The notes under the pieces: generated by a model | What the model was told of the DNA's origin: nothing | Database searches by the model: none | The model's input: only the letters and a program-made list of their open reading frames with translations | Made by a program: the position numbers and the translations under genes | Origin: Octopus bimaculoides | Lineage: Eukaryota | Reading direction: 5' to 3' | DNA length: 64,000 bases | NCBI RefSeq assembly: GCF_001194135.2 | Contig: NC_068986.1 | Coordinates: 6,597,665-6,661,664, forward strand | Shown here: positions 63,389 to 64,000 of the stretch, piece by piece | Layout: each line of letters opens with the position of its first letter | How positions within the stretch are numbered: position 1 is the stretch's first letter

Positions 63389-63390
<2 letters not shown>
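63115..63390 (+). mobile_element. RTE-tail element (family E) with an internal 24-bp tandem x4; related copies at 10495-10785+, 62884-63020+, 54790-54985-, 2110-2300-, 3410-3620-, 26160-26340-
   Basis: AAGGGCATCCAGC..TAGAAAC...CCAACCCAT.C.AGCATGG...GGA.GTTAAA.GATGAT tail, shared with the RTE LINE 3' end at 54612-54708. Unit GTGGCACCACGTAAAACCACCCGT. Confidence 0.75.
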
Positions 63391-63434
<44 letters not shown>

Positions 63435-63499
63435 CATACATATGTGCATACACAGACATCTCTAAAGTAAATAGACACCATCATTTTGAGAGATTTATT

Positions 63500-63853
63500 C
63501 CACCTTTCTTTTTTGGGATATTTGCTGGTCAAAGAAGAGGTTTCCTTCAAGCTGCTCTGCCATAGTAGCCAAGTTGATGAAGATGCCTTTCAGAAGTACT
63601 CTGACTCATTTGGAGTTAGTCTGCAACATCAGCTGCCCTACAATGGGGATTATTTTCAACAATCTGCTTGACATCCCAGAAACACATGTCAAAGCTGTTG
63701 GTTGCTGAATTGTACAATCACTCTGTTGACTGTGGCAAGAGGAATACCTAGCTTTTGGGCAATCTTACTCTAGCTAAGTCCATCCCCATACTGAACCACA
63801 ACAGACCTTCTCTGAAACTCAGACAACACTTTTACTTCTGGTGTTCATGGCAT
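63500..63853 (-). mobile_element. Second Tc1-like relic of the same subfamily, in the SGF29 intron
   Basis: Minus-strand translation MP*TPEV..LSEFQR...[20 protein letters not shown]...NNPHCRAADVA...LGYYGRAA*RKPLL*PANI aligns by eye to 26424-26800, with frameshifts. Confidence 0.75.
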
Positions 63854-64000
63854 TGCTAGTTGCTGTAAACAATAGATTGTTATCTGAAATGAAAAATAGT
63901 ACATTAACAAGATTAAATCACCAGGTAATATATACGCAGATAAATTGGTATAATGACGGGGTGTCTATTAACTTTTGAGATATCAATGTGTGTGTATATA

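Overview
AT-rich (visibly CpG-depleted), microsatellite- and SINE-dense animal genomic DNA with 13 N-gaps. The repeat families and assembly style suggest an octopus draft genome (inference). Two protein-coding genes point away from each other. (1) A minus-strand RGS22/RGSL1-family gene, reconstructed by hand from phase-compatible exons at 25977-26065, 20120-20295, 18599-18858, 12971-13052, 10924-11152, 1837-1985 and 386-571, with a candidate start exon at 42635-42686. It continues off the left edge and has a GC-AG intron. (2) The first coding exon of a plus-strand SGF29 (CCDC101) gene at 62199-62348, continuing off the right edge. The rest is intronic or intergenic: mariner and Tc1 relics, several MITEs, Helentron/Helitron-like non-autonomous elements, RTE-clade LINE fragments (one with a PHD-type finger after the RT core), Penelope-like fragments with hammerhead-ribozyme motifs, five SINE-like families and several minisatellites. 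The most intriguing hypotheses are an H3-tail-like N-terminus (G-R-T-K) on the H3K4me reader SGF29, and a duplicated hammerhead-like motif with an extra GAAA-capped helix in its core. Most entries of the supplied ORF track are artefacts of microsatellites and N-runs. All alignments and folds were done by eye. Family names are recalled from memory, not from database searches, and repeat boundaries are approximate unless termini are quoted.
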